Positions 9,188 to 19,801 of a stretch of DNA of 45,020 bases are shown piece after piece (position 1 is the first letter of the stretch; the number at the start of each line of letters is the position of its first letter). The DNA comes from Sulfurimonas sp. (GTDB lineage: Bacteria > Campylobacterota > Campylobacteria > Campylobacterales > Sulfurimonadaceae): contig JALVXQ010000110.1 of assembly GCA_027038255.1 (NCBI GenBank), positions 1 to 45,020 on the forward strand, given 5' to 3'. The notes under the pieces are model-generated. The model saw only the letters and a list, made by a program, of their open reading frames with translations. It was not told the DNA's origin and searched no databases. The position numbers and the translations under genes are program-made.

Positions 9188-10558
9188 TTATGCCTTCCCT
9201 TCAATAAATAACGCGCCTTTACCTTTACGCCCTAATTGTGAACGTACTTCAACGTGAGTTATTTTTCCATCTTGTTCAACTTTCCAAGTCTCAACTGCAT
9301 TTCTGTGATACACTGCTTCAACACCAACTTTGAGAGTCTCTTGGTCAATTGTCGGCTGAATATATCCAGCATCATCCATAGCACGAGAAGTAAGGAAAAG
9401 TTCCTGACCTTTTTTATAGGTATGAATGAAACTCCAACGAGTCCAAGATTTAGGAAGTACTAAGCCTTTTAGCGAAGCTTCTACATAGTTTTTACCGCCG
9501 TCAAAAGAGATATCAACACCAGTAATAGTGCCCATACCTGACCATGCAAGACCTTCAATCTCTACCGTGTCACCATCTTTAAGGTCTGTCCAGTCAATTT
9601 CTGGAGACGGAGATGTTACAGTTGAATTTACTTCATTTGCATAGAAGTGTTGTACGGCTTTTCCAGTTGGTTTAAGAACTGAATATTTAGAAGTCTCTTC
9701 TTTACAGTACCAAGGTTCACTTGCGAAGTCTAAACGGCGAAGCCATTTAACACATAAGTTTCCTTCCCATCCTGGAACGAGAAGACGAATAGGGTATCCT
9801 TGCTCAGGACGGAGTGCTTCACCATTCTGTCCCCATACAATCATAGCATCATCTAAAACTTTTTCCATAGGAATTGTTCTTCCCATCTTAGAAGAGTCTC
9901 CACCCTCTGCAAGCATCCATCTTGCATCTGGTTTCACACCTAAGTCAGCAAGAATGTCTTTAATGTAAACACCAGTCCACTCCGCACAAGACATAAAACC
10001 TTTTGCAAATTGCAGAGAGTTATACTGTGGACCTCTCCACTCTTGACCACCATTAGCCGGACACTCAATGAAGTGCGTACGAGTAACGCTTGGATAGCGT
10101 TTGAGCTCTTTCATTGTAAGTACTAGTGGTTTTTCTACTAAACCAGTAATCATGAGTCTATGCTCATTTGGATCAATGTGTGCAACACCACCATGACAAC
10201 GGCTAAAGAAAAGACCGTTTGGTGTGATGATGCCCATTGATTCTTGAATAGGAGTAACTGCGATTGATGCTCTATAGTTTCCTGATGCAAGAAGTTTTGT
10301 GTATCTTCTTGTCACATTGTGCTCATACTTTGATGGCATACCATAAAGATTTTTTGTTACAGGATCGCCCCATTTTGTTCCCCAAGTAGTTGGTTCCAAA
10401 ATAGTAGGGTCTCCTTTTTCTTCCGAAGCTAGAAGAGATGTTCCAGCAAGAGCAGTAGCAGAAAGTGCCGCTGTTTTTGCTAAAAAGTCTCTTCTGCTAT
10501 TACTTGTACTCTTTGTATCAAAAGAGTCTAAGTCTTGTTGAGATTTTTTAATATCCAC
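9188..10558 (-). CDS. soxC: Sulfur dehydrogenase molybdoprotein subunit SoxC (sulfite oxidase family)
   Basis: Tat motif 'SRRDFL'; 'GIITPNGLFF', 'FIEC', 'EQGYPIRLLVPGWEGN'. GTG start at 10558 follows AAGGAG. Confidence 0.94.
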   Translation of the reverse strand: MDIKKSQQDLDSFDTKSTSNSRRDFLAKTAALSATALAGTSLLASEEKGDPTILEPTTWGTKWGDPVTKNLYGMPSKYEHNVTRRYTKLLASGNYRASIAVTPIQESMGIITPNGLFFSRCHGGVAHIDPNEHRLMITGLVEKPLVLTMKELKRYPSVTRTHFIECPANGGQEWRGPQYNSLQFAKGFMSCAEWTGVYIKDILADLGVKPDARWMLAEGGDSSKMGRTIPMEKVLDDAMIVWGQNGEALRPEQGYPIRLLVPGWEGNLCVKWLRRLDFASEPWYCKEETSKYSVLKPTGKAVQHFYANEVNSTVTSPSPEIDWTDLKDGDTVEIEGLAWSGMGTITGVDISFDGGKNYVEASLKGLVLPKSWTRWSFIHTYKKGQELFLTSRAMDDAGYIQPTIDQETLKVGVEAVYHRNAVETWKVEQDGKITHVEVRSQLGRKGKGALFIEGKA

Positions 10559-10687
10559 AATTTTCTCCTTAATAAGATTGTTTATCATATTTATATTTAT
10601 ATCACTTTGTAAAATGTTTACTGATACAAAGAGTTTTACCTTAGTATTATGCCATTTTTAGCTTAACAATAAATACACGCAAAGGTT

Positions 10688-10730
10688 ATTATACAAAATT
10701 GTGAGATAAAAATGTGATATTCTTGAGATA
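10688..10730 (-). promoter_or_regulatory. soxCDYZ promoter: three 11-bp-period direct repeats (TATC[T/A]CA) abutting a TATAAT -10 box
   Basis: Minus strand reads TATCTCA-AGAA-TATCACA-TTTT-TATCTCA-CAATTTTG-TATAAT. Confidence 0.6.
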
Positions 10731-10837
10731 AATAGGAAAGTATGTTTCAATTTGTAACTATTGAAAAATATAAATAATAATAATATTTCTTTAAGTAATT
10801 TTTATAATAACATGGGGTTATTAAGTATGAAAAAAAC

Positions 10838-11107
10838 TTATTTTTTTACGATTCCCAAGATGAGATAAGTCTCTGTTTTTTCATCAATATAGAAAGGAAT
10901 TACTAATCCCTGATGCTCAATATCTCTAATATTAGCATCATCAAAATAGATGGATTTTTTAAATTTTTGAACTTTTGTCGGCATATTAAGAATAACAGTA
11001 TCAAGATACATTTTAAAGCTTTTGCAAGCTGTAAAATCTTCTTCTACAAATTCTAAGAGAAGTGCTTTGAGCTGTTCTTCAAAGGCTGATGTACAGAGTA
11101 TCTTCAC
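10838..11107 (-). CDS. RelE/ParE-family toxin-like protein (89 aa)
   Basis: GTG start overlaps the upstream TAG. Sequence MKILCTSAFEEQLKALL...KKSIYFDDANIRDIEHQGLVIPFYID...ILGIVKK resembles Campylobacterota RelE/ParE proteins. Confidence 0.65.
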   Translation of the reverse strand: MKILCTSAFEEQLKALLLEFVEEDFTACKSFKMYLDTVILNMPTKVQKFKKSIYFDDANIRDIEHQGLVIPFYIDEKTETYLILGIVKK

Positions 11108-11247
11108 TACTTTGCCTTCTCTTGTATCCAAGTGGAAATTTCTTGCGAGCAAGGATAGAACTCTTTTACAGAGTTTTTATCCTTTTTATAGGCTTCAAGA
11201 GCTTTTTGCATGGCTTTTTTTGCTTGTGTATCGATTGTTCTATCCAT
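11107..11247 (-). CDS. Small putative antitoxin (46 aa), not in ORF track
   Basis: MDRTIDTQAKKAMQKALEAYKKDKNSVKEFYPCSQEISTWIQEKAK*. Its TAG overlaps the toxin GTG (TAGTG), and it starts 5 nt after the upstream stop. Confidence 0.55.
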   Translation of the reverse strand: MDRTIDTQAKKAMQKALEAYKKDKNSVKEFYPCSQEISTWIQEKAK

Positions 11248-11252
11248 AATGA

Positions 11253-11834
11253 TTACTCATCATCACTTTCTTGTTCTTCAGCCTCACAACCTATTTTTTC
11301 GCATGTTGTTTTATTGATGATAGAAATTTGTTTTTGAATCAATTCAACTTTTTCATCATCATCAGCCATATCAAAATCATCACTTGCCATATACTTTTCT
11401 AACTGTGTTACTTGGAACGGATTTCCATGTTCATAGACAATTTCTCCACCATCTTTTCCTTGAAGGAATGTAAAGGCCATAACAGCGATTGTAAGAACAA
11501 TACCAGCGATTTGAATACCGCTTTTCTTCATTCTACATCCGGCGATTTGAATGAGTGCAACAAATGCCATTGCTATTGCAAGGTAACGACCAAGATCTCT
11601 GTGTTCTATCAGCTCTGCTTTGCCAGCAGCGTCAAGAAAACCATAAACTTCAGGACCGGCAATTTTTTCTCCGGTATACCAAACGGCTATCATGGCAAGT
11701 GCTGCAACAAGTGCTGTTCGTGCTGAAATCTTTGACATTGTTTCTGTCTTCGTTGCCATGTAAGCTATTCCAAAAGCGGATGCGACTACTGGTAGAACCA
11801 TTGCAAAATGTGCGGTTGCTGGGTGTATCATCAT
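11253..11834 (-). CDS. DUF2231-like membrane protein with acidic C-terminal tail
   Basis: N-terminal 'IHPATAHF', 'H' in 'IEHRDLG', 'GKDGGEIVYEHG'; about four TM helices. Confidence 0.7.
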   Translation of the reverse strand: MMIHPATAHFAMVLPVVASAFGIAYMATKTETMSKISARTALVAALAMIAVWYTGEKIAGPEVYGFLDAAGKAELIEHRDLGRYLAIAMAFVALIQIAGCRMKKSGIQIAGIVLTIAVMAFTFLQGKDGGEIVYEHGNPFQVTQLEKYMASDDFDMADDDEKVELIQKQISIINKTTCEKIGCEAEEQESDDE

Positions 11835-11940
11835 AAAGAATCCTTTAGGGTTTATATATTTGTGATAAATTATAATACAAATATTATTATCACTTTTTAG
11901 TTATATATAATAATTTATTATTTTAAGCTCTGCTTTATAT

Positions 11941-12981
11941 CTACTTTTTGTCAATAACGTCTTTTGCAGATTTTATGGCATTGCCCAAAGCCTCTTTTGC
12001 TACAGAGAAGGCTTGAATGCCCATGCGTTTTGCCTCTTTTGCTTTTGGTGACTTAAGGGCAAAGTCTGCTTTTTTTACTGCGAGTTTTGCAAATGATGAA
12101 AAACGCTCTTTCATGACTTCGGCTGTCTCTTTAGAGATATGAACAAGTTCTTCAAGATCATATTTCATCTCATTGTTGATATCAAGAAGAATTTTTCGGA
12201 TAGATTGAGAACTCTGGGATGCCTGAGTAATAACCACCTGGGAGAAGAGTGTGTCTGTCTGATTGAGATCTTCAATGATAGTATCATAATCTTCTATAAG
12301 AATATGTTTGGCTTCTACAGGTACAAATGCAAGGCGTTTTTTAAATCTGTCTATAGACTGAATGAGTCCTGCACGCATCCCTTTGAGTGTCGCAGAGAGA
12401 ATTTCGTTCGCTCTGTTTGGTGTTGCTTCAGAAACATCAATAGCAGTTGCTAAAATAGTAGAGAGAATTTTACGCACACGGATAGTATTGAGTGAGCCCT
12501 CTTTAATAGACTCAAATGTTATCTCTTTAATAAGCTCTTTGGTTGTCTCTACAATCTCTCCGTCTCTCTCTTTTTCTAAAGCGGTAATGATGGCAGACTC
12601 TACCATCTCAGAGAGGATGTCATAGAGGTCGATGGACTGAAGTTTTATCTGATGGAGTTTTACAAGAAGAGTACTGTCTGTGCTGAATTCATCTTCAAGG
12701 GCATGAAAAACATCGTATTTTTTTTCCTGAAGTTCTTCAGATTTTTTCTCTAAAGCCCGCTCGATTGCCTCTTTTTGTTCAAGGAGTTTTTCAACATCAT
12801 CCTCAAGTTTTTGTGTCTCTTTTTCTATAAAAAGATTTGCAATTGTCTTAATCTCTTCAAGGGAAAGATGTTTCTCATCAACTTCTGCTTCCTGCAGAGC
12901 AGAGAGTACTCTTTTTTCAACTGTTTTGTATCGTTTGTTATATGCTTTTTCAAGCTTTTCTTGTAATTCCTCTGATTTCAT
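11941..12981 (-). CDS. Coiled-coil hypothetical protein
   Basis: ATG at 12981 follows AAGGAG (the ORF-track start overlaps the upstream gene). E/K-rich helical sequence. Confidence 0.8.
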   Translation of the reverse strand: MKSEELQEKLEKAYNKRYKTVEKRVLSALQEAEVDEKHLSLEEIKTIANLFIEKETQKLEDDVEKLLEQKEAIERALEKKSEELQEKKYDVFHALEDEFSTDSTLLVKLHQIKLQSIDLYDILSEMVESAIITALEKERDGEIVETTKELIKEITFESIKEGSLNTIRVRKILSTILATAIDVSEATPNRANEILSATLKGMRAGLIQSIDRFKKRLAFVPVEAKHILIEDYDTIIEDLNQTDTLFSQVVITQASQSSQSIRKILLDINNEMKYDLEELVHISKETAEVMKERFSSFAKLAVKKADFALKSPKAKEAKRMGIQAFSVAKEALGNAIKSAKDVIDKK

Positions 12982-12991
12982 TGCCAACTCC

Positions 12992-13267
12992 TTATAGTAC
13001 CATTTTAATATCTTGATGTTTTTTGAGTGCATCAAAGATAAATTGTCTATCATCTTCATTGTGCACCAACAGATCGAGATTCATGCTGACAAATTTGCCT
13101 GTTTTTGATCTGTTGGAGTCAGTCAGTGTATGCTCTCGCTCGTCAATAACATCTTTAACCGCTTTTTGAAGAGCCTCTTCTTCACTGGCAATCACTTTAT
13201 AACACCAGCTGCAAGGGTATTCGATTTCGAGCTTTTTCCCTTTAAGTTTATCGTTTAAAGTCTCCAC
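12992..13267 (-). CDS. DUF493/YbeD (HP0495-like) protein
   Basis: Motifs '[12 protein letters not shown]', 'SKTGKFVS', 'HQDIKMVL'; GTG start after GGAGG. Confidence 0.88.
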   Translation of the reverse strand: METLNDKLKGKKLEIEYPCSWCYKVIASEEEALQKAVKDVIDEREHTLTDSNRSKTGKFVSMNLDLLVHNEDDRQFIFDALKKHQDIKMVL

Positions 13268-13718
13268 TTTTTCCTCCTGATTTTGCTTCAAGTTGTACAT
13301 TGCGGATTATCATCCCTTTGTCTATTGCCTTTACCATATCATAAATAGTTAAAAGCCCAACAGAAGTACCGGTAAGTGCTTCCATCTCAACACCGGTTTG
13401 ACCTGTGAGTTTTGCAGTGACTGTGAGTTTAAATCCGGGCAAATCTGCTAACTCCTCTACATCACAGTTGATACCTGAAAGGTTGAGAGGGTGACACATT
13501 GGAATGAGTGTGCTTGTCTGCTTTGTTCCCATAATTGCTGCGATGACGGCAGTCTGCAGAACAGGCCCTTTTTTTGTTTTTTCACTTACAATGGCATCAT
13601 AAGCATCTTGGCTCATCTCTATAGTACCGCTGGCTACGGCAACTCTTGTTGTATTGTTTTTATCGCTGACATCGACCATTTTCGGTCTTAGGTTCTCGTC
13701 TAAATGTGTTAAGTTCAT
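13248..13718 (-). CDS. moaC: Cyclic pyranopterin monophosphate synthase MoaC
   Basis: Motifs 'LTHLD...MVDVSDK', 'LIPMCHPL', 'TGVEMEAL', '[10 protein letters not shown]', 'KSGGKSG'. Confidence 0.97.
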   Translation of the reverse strand: MNLTHLDENLRPKMVDVSDKNNTTRVAVASGTIEMSQDAYDAIVSEKTKKGPVLQTAVIAAIMGTKQTSTLIPMCHPLNLSGINCDVEELADLPGFKLTVTAKLTGQTGVEMEALTGTSVGLLTIYDMVKAIDKGMIIRNVQLEAKSGGKSGDFKR

Positions 13719-13766
13719 GTTAAAATCTTTTTGCTTTTTTAATATTATAGCGAAGAGGTGTTAATT

Positions 13767-14339
13767 TTATAATAATTGGAGTGCTTTTTTGTAATCCTCT
13801 GGGTGATTCATATTTAAAAAGGCTTCATTGTCATCAAAATAACAGTAGTTTGTACGAGAGTTTTTGAGTAAAAATCCAAGTTTATGGTTCTCTTCTTTTT
13901 GCATTTTTGCAAACTCTTTGGCAAGATTTCTATGGTAAATACCGCAAAGGGGCTGCATGCCCTCTTGGGTTTTTGCAATAGTTGCATCAAATTTTGCTCT
14001 GTCTGCGTGAATAAGCTTACTGATTATATTTTCATCTATAAAAGGAGCATCGACACTTAAAGCAAAAAAAGTATCTGATTCGAGTTTTTTAAAGCTTGCT
14101 AGAAATCCTGCAGTAGGTGCAAAAGTAGAGTTGTTTTTATCATCTTCTATAAAGTTTGCTCTGAAGTTAAAGTTTGTTTTGTCTTTGCAGGAGATATAGA
14201 CGTCACTGAAGAGCTTTGAGAGTCTCGCATATTGATACTCAGCGAGTGTTGTATAAGAAGCAAATGGAAGAAGTGCTTTGTCTTCTCCCATTCGTGAACT
14301 TTTGCCACCTGCAAAGATGACACAAGGAGTTGAGAACAT
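13767..14339 (-). CDS. mobA: Molybdenum cofactor guanylyltransferase MobA
   Basis: Motifs 'AGGKSSRMGEDKALL', 'SVDAPF', 'QPLCGIY', 'FLNMNHPEDY'. Confidence 0.93.
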   Translation of the reverse strand: MFSTPCVIFAGGKSSRMGEDKALLPFASYTTLAEYQYARLSKLFSDVYISCKDKTNFNFRANFIEDDKNNSTFAPTAGFLASFKKLESDTFFALSVDAPFIDENIISKLIHADRAKFDATIAKTQEGMQPLCGIYHRNLAKEFAKMQKEENHKLGFLLKNSRTNYCYFDDNEAFLNMNHPEDYKKALQLL

Positions 14340-15478
14340 TATTTTCTTGTAAGCTCTGCTTCGATGCGTCTGTTTTGTGCACGTCCCTCAGCAGTTGCAT
14401 TGTCTGCTACCGGATTTGCCTCACCCATACCTGTCGCAGTGAGTTGTGATTTACTCACACCTCTTGCAACAAGTGCTTGCATAACAGCTGTCGCTCTTTT
14501 GAGTGAGAGTTTTTTGTTATAACTTTCACTTCCTCTACTGTCTGTATATCCTACAATTTTTGCCGAGTAGTTTGTATGTGCTTTCAAAAAATCTGCATAT
14601 TTGTCAAGACGTGCATTTGATGATGCTACAATCGCTGCAGAGTTGTTCTCAAAGTTGATGTTGAGATTGACTGTTGCCGGACAACCATCTGAGTTTACAG
14701 CTTCACCTGCAGGTGTATTTGGGCAGATGTCTTTTGCATTGAGTACGCCATCATGGTCATCATCCATTGATACGGGACAGCCGTCAGCGCCAACTGTTGA
14801 GCCTTGGGGTGTATTTGGGCACTTGTCTAGTTTGTCATAAACACCATCTCCATCGCTGTCAACTTCTGCCACAACGGCAACAATGACAGGTTCAGCAGCG
14901 ACCTCTTCTTCAACAACGACAACTTCTTGTGGTGCTGCTTCTTGTGTTGCACCAAATGAATAGGTAAGACCGACCATTGCGATGAGGTTATTGTCTGCAG
15001 TACTGTTGTGCGCACTGCTTACTTTTGCAAGATAGAGTGCTTCGGCTTTGAATGCCCATGAAGGAGCAAAAGGTACTTTCACTCCTGCTCCTGCATCAAG
15101 AACAAGACCGTCTTCATTTTGATTATTGAGTTCGCTACTTACAAACTCATAGCCTAGACCTGCTTTTGCAAAAGGAGATATTTTTCCAATTTTATCAAAT
15201 GAGTAGACACCATTGAGAAGTGTACGTGTGACAGATGTGTCTCCGCCTACTTTATAGTCTACATTTGGAGAGTAGAGTACAGAGATTTCAGGCGAGATCT
15301 TTGAATCTTTGTAATTGTACTGTAGTTCTAATCCGCCTAAGAAGTGATCATCACCTTTGATGCCGACATTGCCTTCTGCAAGGTTGTAACCAATCATTGG
15401 CGAAATTTCGTAATTGCCATTGTTTGCGAAAGAGGCTGAGCCTAAAAGAAGTGCTGGGAGTAAGAGTAAACGTTTCAT
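14339..15478 (-). CDS. OmpA-family outer membrane protein (CadF/OprF-like; beta-barrel + thrombospondin type-3 repeats + OmpA_C)
   Basis: Signal peptide; 'DSDGDGVYDKLDKCPNTP' and 'DDDHDGVLNAKDICPNTP'; 'GYTDSRGSESYNKKLSLKRA'; 'GRAQNRRIE'. Confidence 0.92.
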   Translation of the reverse strand: MKRLLLLPALLLGSASFANNGNYEISPMIGYNLAEGNVGIKGDDHFLGGLELQYNYKDSKISPEISVLYSPNVDYKVGGDTSVTRTLLNGVYSFDKIGKISPFAKAGLGYEFVSSELNNQNEDGLVLDAGAGVKVPFAPSWAFKAEALYLAKVSSAHNSTADNNLIAMVGLTYSFGATQEAAPQEVVVVEEEVAAEPVIVAVVAEVDSDGDGVYDKLDKCPNTPQGSTVGADGCPVSMDDDHDGVLNAKDICPNTPAGEAVNSDGCPATVNLNINFENNSAAIVASSNARLDKYADFLKAHTNYSAKIVGYTDSRGSESYNKKLSLKRATAVMQALVARGVSKSQLTATGMGEANPVADNATAEGRAQNRRIEAELTRK

Positions 15479-15505
15479 AAAATGTCCTTAAAATGTGATA
15501 GTGGG

Positions 15506-15514
15506 ATTATAACA
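15506..15514 (-). promoter_or_regulatory. Extended -10 promoter (TGnTATAAT) of the ompA-mobA unit
   Basis: Minus strand TGTTATAAT about 27 nt upstream of the ATG, followed by an AAGGA RBS. Confidence 0.6.
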
Positions 15515-15520
15515 TAAAAT

Positions 15521-15543
15521 AATGAGCTTTTGGTGAGCTCATT
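15521..15543 (-). terminator. Hairpin at the leuC stop (possible terminator)
   Basis: Perfect 8-bp inverted repeat AATGAGCT-N7-AGCTCATT followed by ATTTT on the minus strand. Confidence 0.5.
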
Positions 15544-16801
15544 ATCGAGGATCTGTGATGTATCCTGTAATTGCAGAGATTGCAGCGACCGCTGAGTTTG
15601 CGAGATAGACCTTCGAGCTGCGTGAGCCCATACGTCCGACAAAGTTTCTGTTTGTCGTAGAGATGGCTACTTCATTGTCTCCGAGGATTCCCATGTAACC
15701 ACCAAGGCATGCACCACAGGTTGGATTTGAAACAACACCGCCGGCATCGACAATGATGTCAATGTATCCTAGGTGGTTTGCCTCACGCAGGATTTTTTGT
15801 GTTCCCGGTGTGACGATAAGACGAACATCAGGATGTACTTTTTTGCCTTTAAGTATCTCTGCTGCTACTTTTAAGTCAGCTAAACGGCCATTTGTACAGC
15901 TTCCGATGAAAGCCTGGTCAACTTTGATTTTATCTGCTACAGCCTGAACAATTGAGTGCCCGTTTGATGGTAAAAACGGGTAGGCAATAACGGGATCAAG
16001 ATTGGCAACATCAATCTCTAAAACTTGAGAGTAGCTTGCATCAACATCAGAGTAGTGCTCTTTTGGTCTGCGTGCCAAATCTTTGTCAGCCAAGAATTCT
16101 CTGGTGATATCATCAACTGCGACGATGCCGCTTTTTGCACCTGCTTCAATCGCCATGTTACACATAGAAAATCGGTCGTCCATCGTTAAATACTCAATTG
16201 TGCTTCCTGTGAATTCAAGTGTTCTGTAGAGCGCACCATCAACACCAATCATACGGATAATCTCTAAGATGATGTCTTTTCCTGTTGTATGTTTTCCTGG
16301 TTTTCCAGAGAGAACAACTTTGATAGACTCCGGTACTTTGAACCAGTTACCACCGCTAATCATAGCGAAAGCAAGGTCAGTTGAACCCATACCTGTAGAA
16401 AAAGCCCCTAAAGCTCCGTGTGTACATGTGTGAGAGTCAGCTCCGATGATAACATCGCCCGGAACAACAAGTCCTTTTTCAGGAAGGAGGGCATGCTCGA
16501 TTCCCATATCTTTTTCATCAAAAAAGTTTTTAAGATTATGTTTTTTTGCAAAATCGCGAGAAATTCTTGCCTGATTTGCAGATGCAATGTCTTTTGCAGG
16601 AATAAAGTGATCGAGAACGATTGAAAAACCATCAGGATTTGCCAGTTTCTCTGCACCACTGAGATTAAACGCAGAGATAGAGATAGGTGTTGTAATGTCA
16701 TTTCCAATAACCATGTCAATAGGAGAACGTACAATCTCACCCGCATAAACTTCTTTGCCGACATGCTCGGAAAATATTTTTTCAGTTATAGTTTGACCCA
16801 T
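15542..16801 (-). CDS. leuC: 3-isopropylmalate dehydratase large subunit
   Basis: Motifs 'MGQTITEKI', 'GADSHTCTHGA', 'FIGSCTNGR', 'CGACLG', 'STTNRNFVGRMG'. Confidence 0.95.
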   Translation of the reverse strand: MGQTITEKIFSEHVGKEVYAGEIVRSPIDMVIGNDITTPISISAFNLSGAEKLANPDGFSIVLDHFIPAKDIASANQARISRDFAKKHNLKNFFDEKDMGIEHALLPEKGLVVPGDVIIGADSHTCTHGALGAFSTGMGSTDLAFAMISGGNWFKVPESIKVVLSGKPGKHTTGKDIILEIIRMIGVDGALYRTLEFTGSTIEYLTMDDRFSMCNMAIEAGAKSGIVAVDDITREFLADKDLARRPKEHYSDVDASYSQVLEIDVANLDPVIAYPFLPSNGHSIVQAVADKIKVDQAFIGSCTNGRLADLKVAAEILKGKKVHPDVRLIVTPGTQKILREANHLGYIDIIVDAGGVVSNPTCGACLGGYMGILGDNEVAISTTNRNFVGRMGSRSSKVYLANSAVAAISAITGYITDPR

Positions 16802-16836
16802 AATGTAAAACCTTTATAGTTGTAAATAATTCCGCG

Positions 16837-16845
16837 ATTATAACA
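16837..16845 (-). promoter_or_regulatory. Extended -10 promoter of leuC
   Basis: Minus strand TGTTATAAT about 35 nt upstream of the ATG. Confidence 0.55.
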
Positions 16846-16853
16846 TAAGAGAC

Positions 16854-17354
16854 TTAAGCTTCATATTTCATTGCTTTTTTACTCAGCTCTGTTGAACAGA
16901 TAAAAAAGGCGATAAAGAGGGGTGAAAAGTGAACGTTTTGCTCTGTTGTCGTTTCAAAAATTTTAAATGTGAAACTTTCTGTATCTTCTGAATTCTTAGG
17001 TTTTACTGTGAACTCTACAGGAGCGAGTGTTTTGAGCATATTTATAATGTGCTTTTTCTTTTTTGGTGACTTTATCTCTGTCAGGTTGAGGCTCTCTTCT
17101 CCTGCCTCACGCAACTCAGAAATCACTGTATGCAAAAGTTCCGATTTGTCTTTAAAAATAACTTTATTCCATTCAAGAGTTGTATGGTCTGAGAAAATTT
17201 TTGTCCCTTTTATAAGCGCATGCTGTTTTTTCTCTTTAATAGCCTCCATAAGTAGCAGTAAAAAGTTTAAACCGCCGACATTTTTTGCAGCTTGGCTGAT
17301 AAGAGTATGAAGATTCTGTTTTTGTTCTTGGGTGAGTTCATTGAAGTTACACAT
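16854..17354 (-). CDS. Hypothetical protein, divergent from nifS
   Basis: ATG at 17354 (MCNFNELTQ...) follows AAGGA; 166 aa. Confidence 0.75.
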   Translation of the reverse strand: MCNFNELTQEQKQNLHTLISQAAKNVGGLNFLLLLMEAIKEKKQHALIKGTKIFSDHTTLEWNKVIFKDKSELLHTVISELREAGEESLNLTEIKSPKKKKHIINMLKTLAPVEFTVKPKNSEDTESFTFKIFETTTEQNVHFSPLFIAFFICSTELSKKAMKYEA

Positions 17355-17527
17355 TGTTTTATCCTTTATAAAGGAGATTATAACATTATTGAAGACAAGT
17401 TGAATTCTTAAATGATATATAAACTCAGTTTGACTTAAGCAAATCATAATGACAAAGCTATTATCATGTCAAAAGTAAAAGAAGACAAAAATTGTCCTAT
17501 TTAAAAATTTAACCTAATAAGAGGTAA

Positions 17528-18757
<1,230 letters not shown>

Positions 18758-18785
18758 GAAGAAAATAGAAAAAGGAAAATAAACT

Positions 18786-19766
18786 ATGGCAAAAGACGAT
18801 TTATTAGGCGCATCACTTTGGGATGCGTACTCAAACAAAGTAACAACTTTAATGAACAACCCACAGCATCAGGGGGAGATTACTCCTGAGGAAGCTGAAG
18901 GGCATGGCAACAAGCTCATCGTTGCAGATTTTGGCGCAGAGAGCTGTGGTGATGCAGTAAGACTCTACTGGGAAGTAGACCCAAAAACAGACAAGATTGT
19001 AAACTCTAAGTTTAAATCTTTTGGTTGTGGTACTGCAATCGCATCAAGCGATGTTATGACGGAGCTTTGTATTGGAAAAACAGTTCAAGAAGCAGTAAAA
19101 ATTACAAACATTGATGTTGAGTTTGCACTGCGTGATGATCCGGAAACTCCGGCAGTTCCACCACAAAAGATGCACTGTTCTGTTATGGCATATGATGTTA
19201 TTAAAAAAGCAGCGGGTCTCTACCTTGGTGTTAATGAAGAGAGTTTTGAAGATGAAATCATTGTATGTGAATGTGCACGTGTTTCTCTTGGGACTATTCA
19301 AGAAGTCATCAAACTCAATGACTTGCACACGGTTGAAGAGATTACAGACTACACAAAAGCGGGTGGTTTTTGTAAGTCATGTATCAAACCGGGCGGTCAC
19401 GAAGACAGAGAGTACTATCTTGTAGACATTTTAGAGCAGACTCGTAAAGAGATGGATGAAGAGAAGATGAAAGCAGCAGCTGATGCACAGGCAAACGGCG
19501 CAGGAGCTTTTGAAGATATGACACTTGTACAGCAAATTAAAGCTGTTGATGCAATCATTGATGAAAATGTTCGTCAATTTCTTGTTATGGATGGTGGAGA
19601 TATGGAGATTATTGACATTAAGAAAAATGATGAATATGTTGATATTTACATCAGATATCTTGGTGCATGTAACGGTTGTGCTTCGTCTGCAACGGGAACA
19701 CTCTATGCAATTGAGTCAACACTCAAAGAGAAACTCTCTCCAAATATTCGCGTTTTACCTATCTAG
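18786..19766 (+). CDS. nifU: Fe-S cluster assembly scaffold NifU (IscU + BFD-like 2Fe-2S + NfuA domains)
   Basis: Motifs 'SCGD', 'FGCG', 'KMHCS'; 'CEC...CKSC'; 'DGGD...GACNGC'. Confidence 0.95.
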   Translation: MAKDDLLGASLWDAYSNKVTTLMNNPQHQGEITPEEAEGHGNKLIVADFGAESCGDAVRLYWEVDPKTDKIVNSKFKSFGCGTAIASSDVMTELCIGKTVQEAVKITNIDVEFALRDDPETPAVPPQKMHCSVMAYDVIKKAAGLYLGVNEESFEDEIIVCECARVSLGTIQEVIKLNDLHTVEEITDYTKAGGFCKSCIKPGGHEDREYYLVDILEQTRKEMDEEKMKAAADAQANGAGAFEDMTLVQQIKAVDAIIDENVRQFLVMDGGDMEIIDIKKNDEYVDIYIRYLGACNGCASSATGTLYAIESTLKEKLSPNIRVLPI

Positions 19767-19770
19767 ATTT

Positions 19771-19801
19771 TTAACCCTCGGTATATTATACTTAGGGTTA
19801 A
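19771..19801. terminator. Hairpin between the convergent nifU and RND genes (probable bidirectional terminator)
   Basis: TTAACCCT-CG-GTAT-ATT-ATAC-TT-AGGGTTAA. Confidence 0.55.

Noticed and set aside
11862-11893. Inverted repeat GTGATAA-N18-TTATCAC around the DUF2231-like promoter
   Set aside because: Short arms in very AT-rich DNA, seen once, with spacing that matches no regulator I can name.
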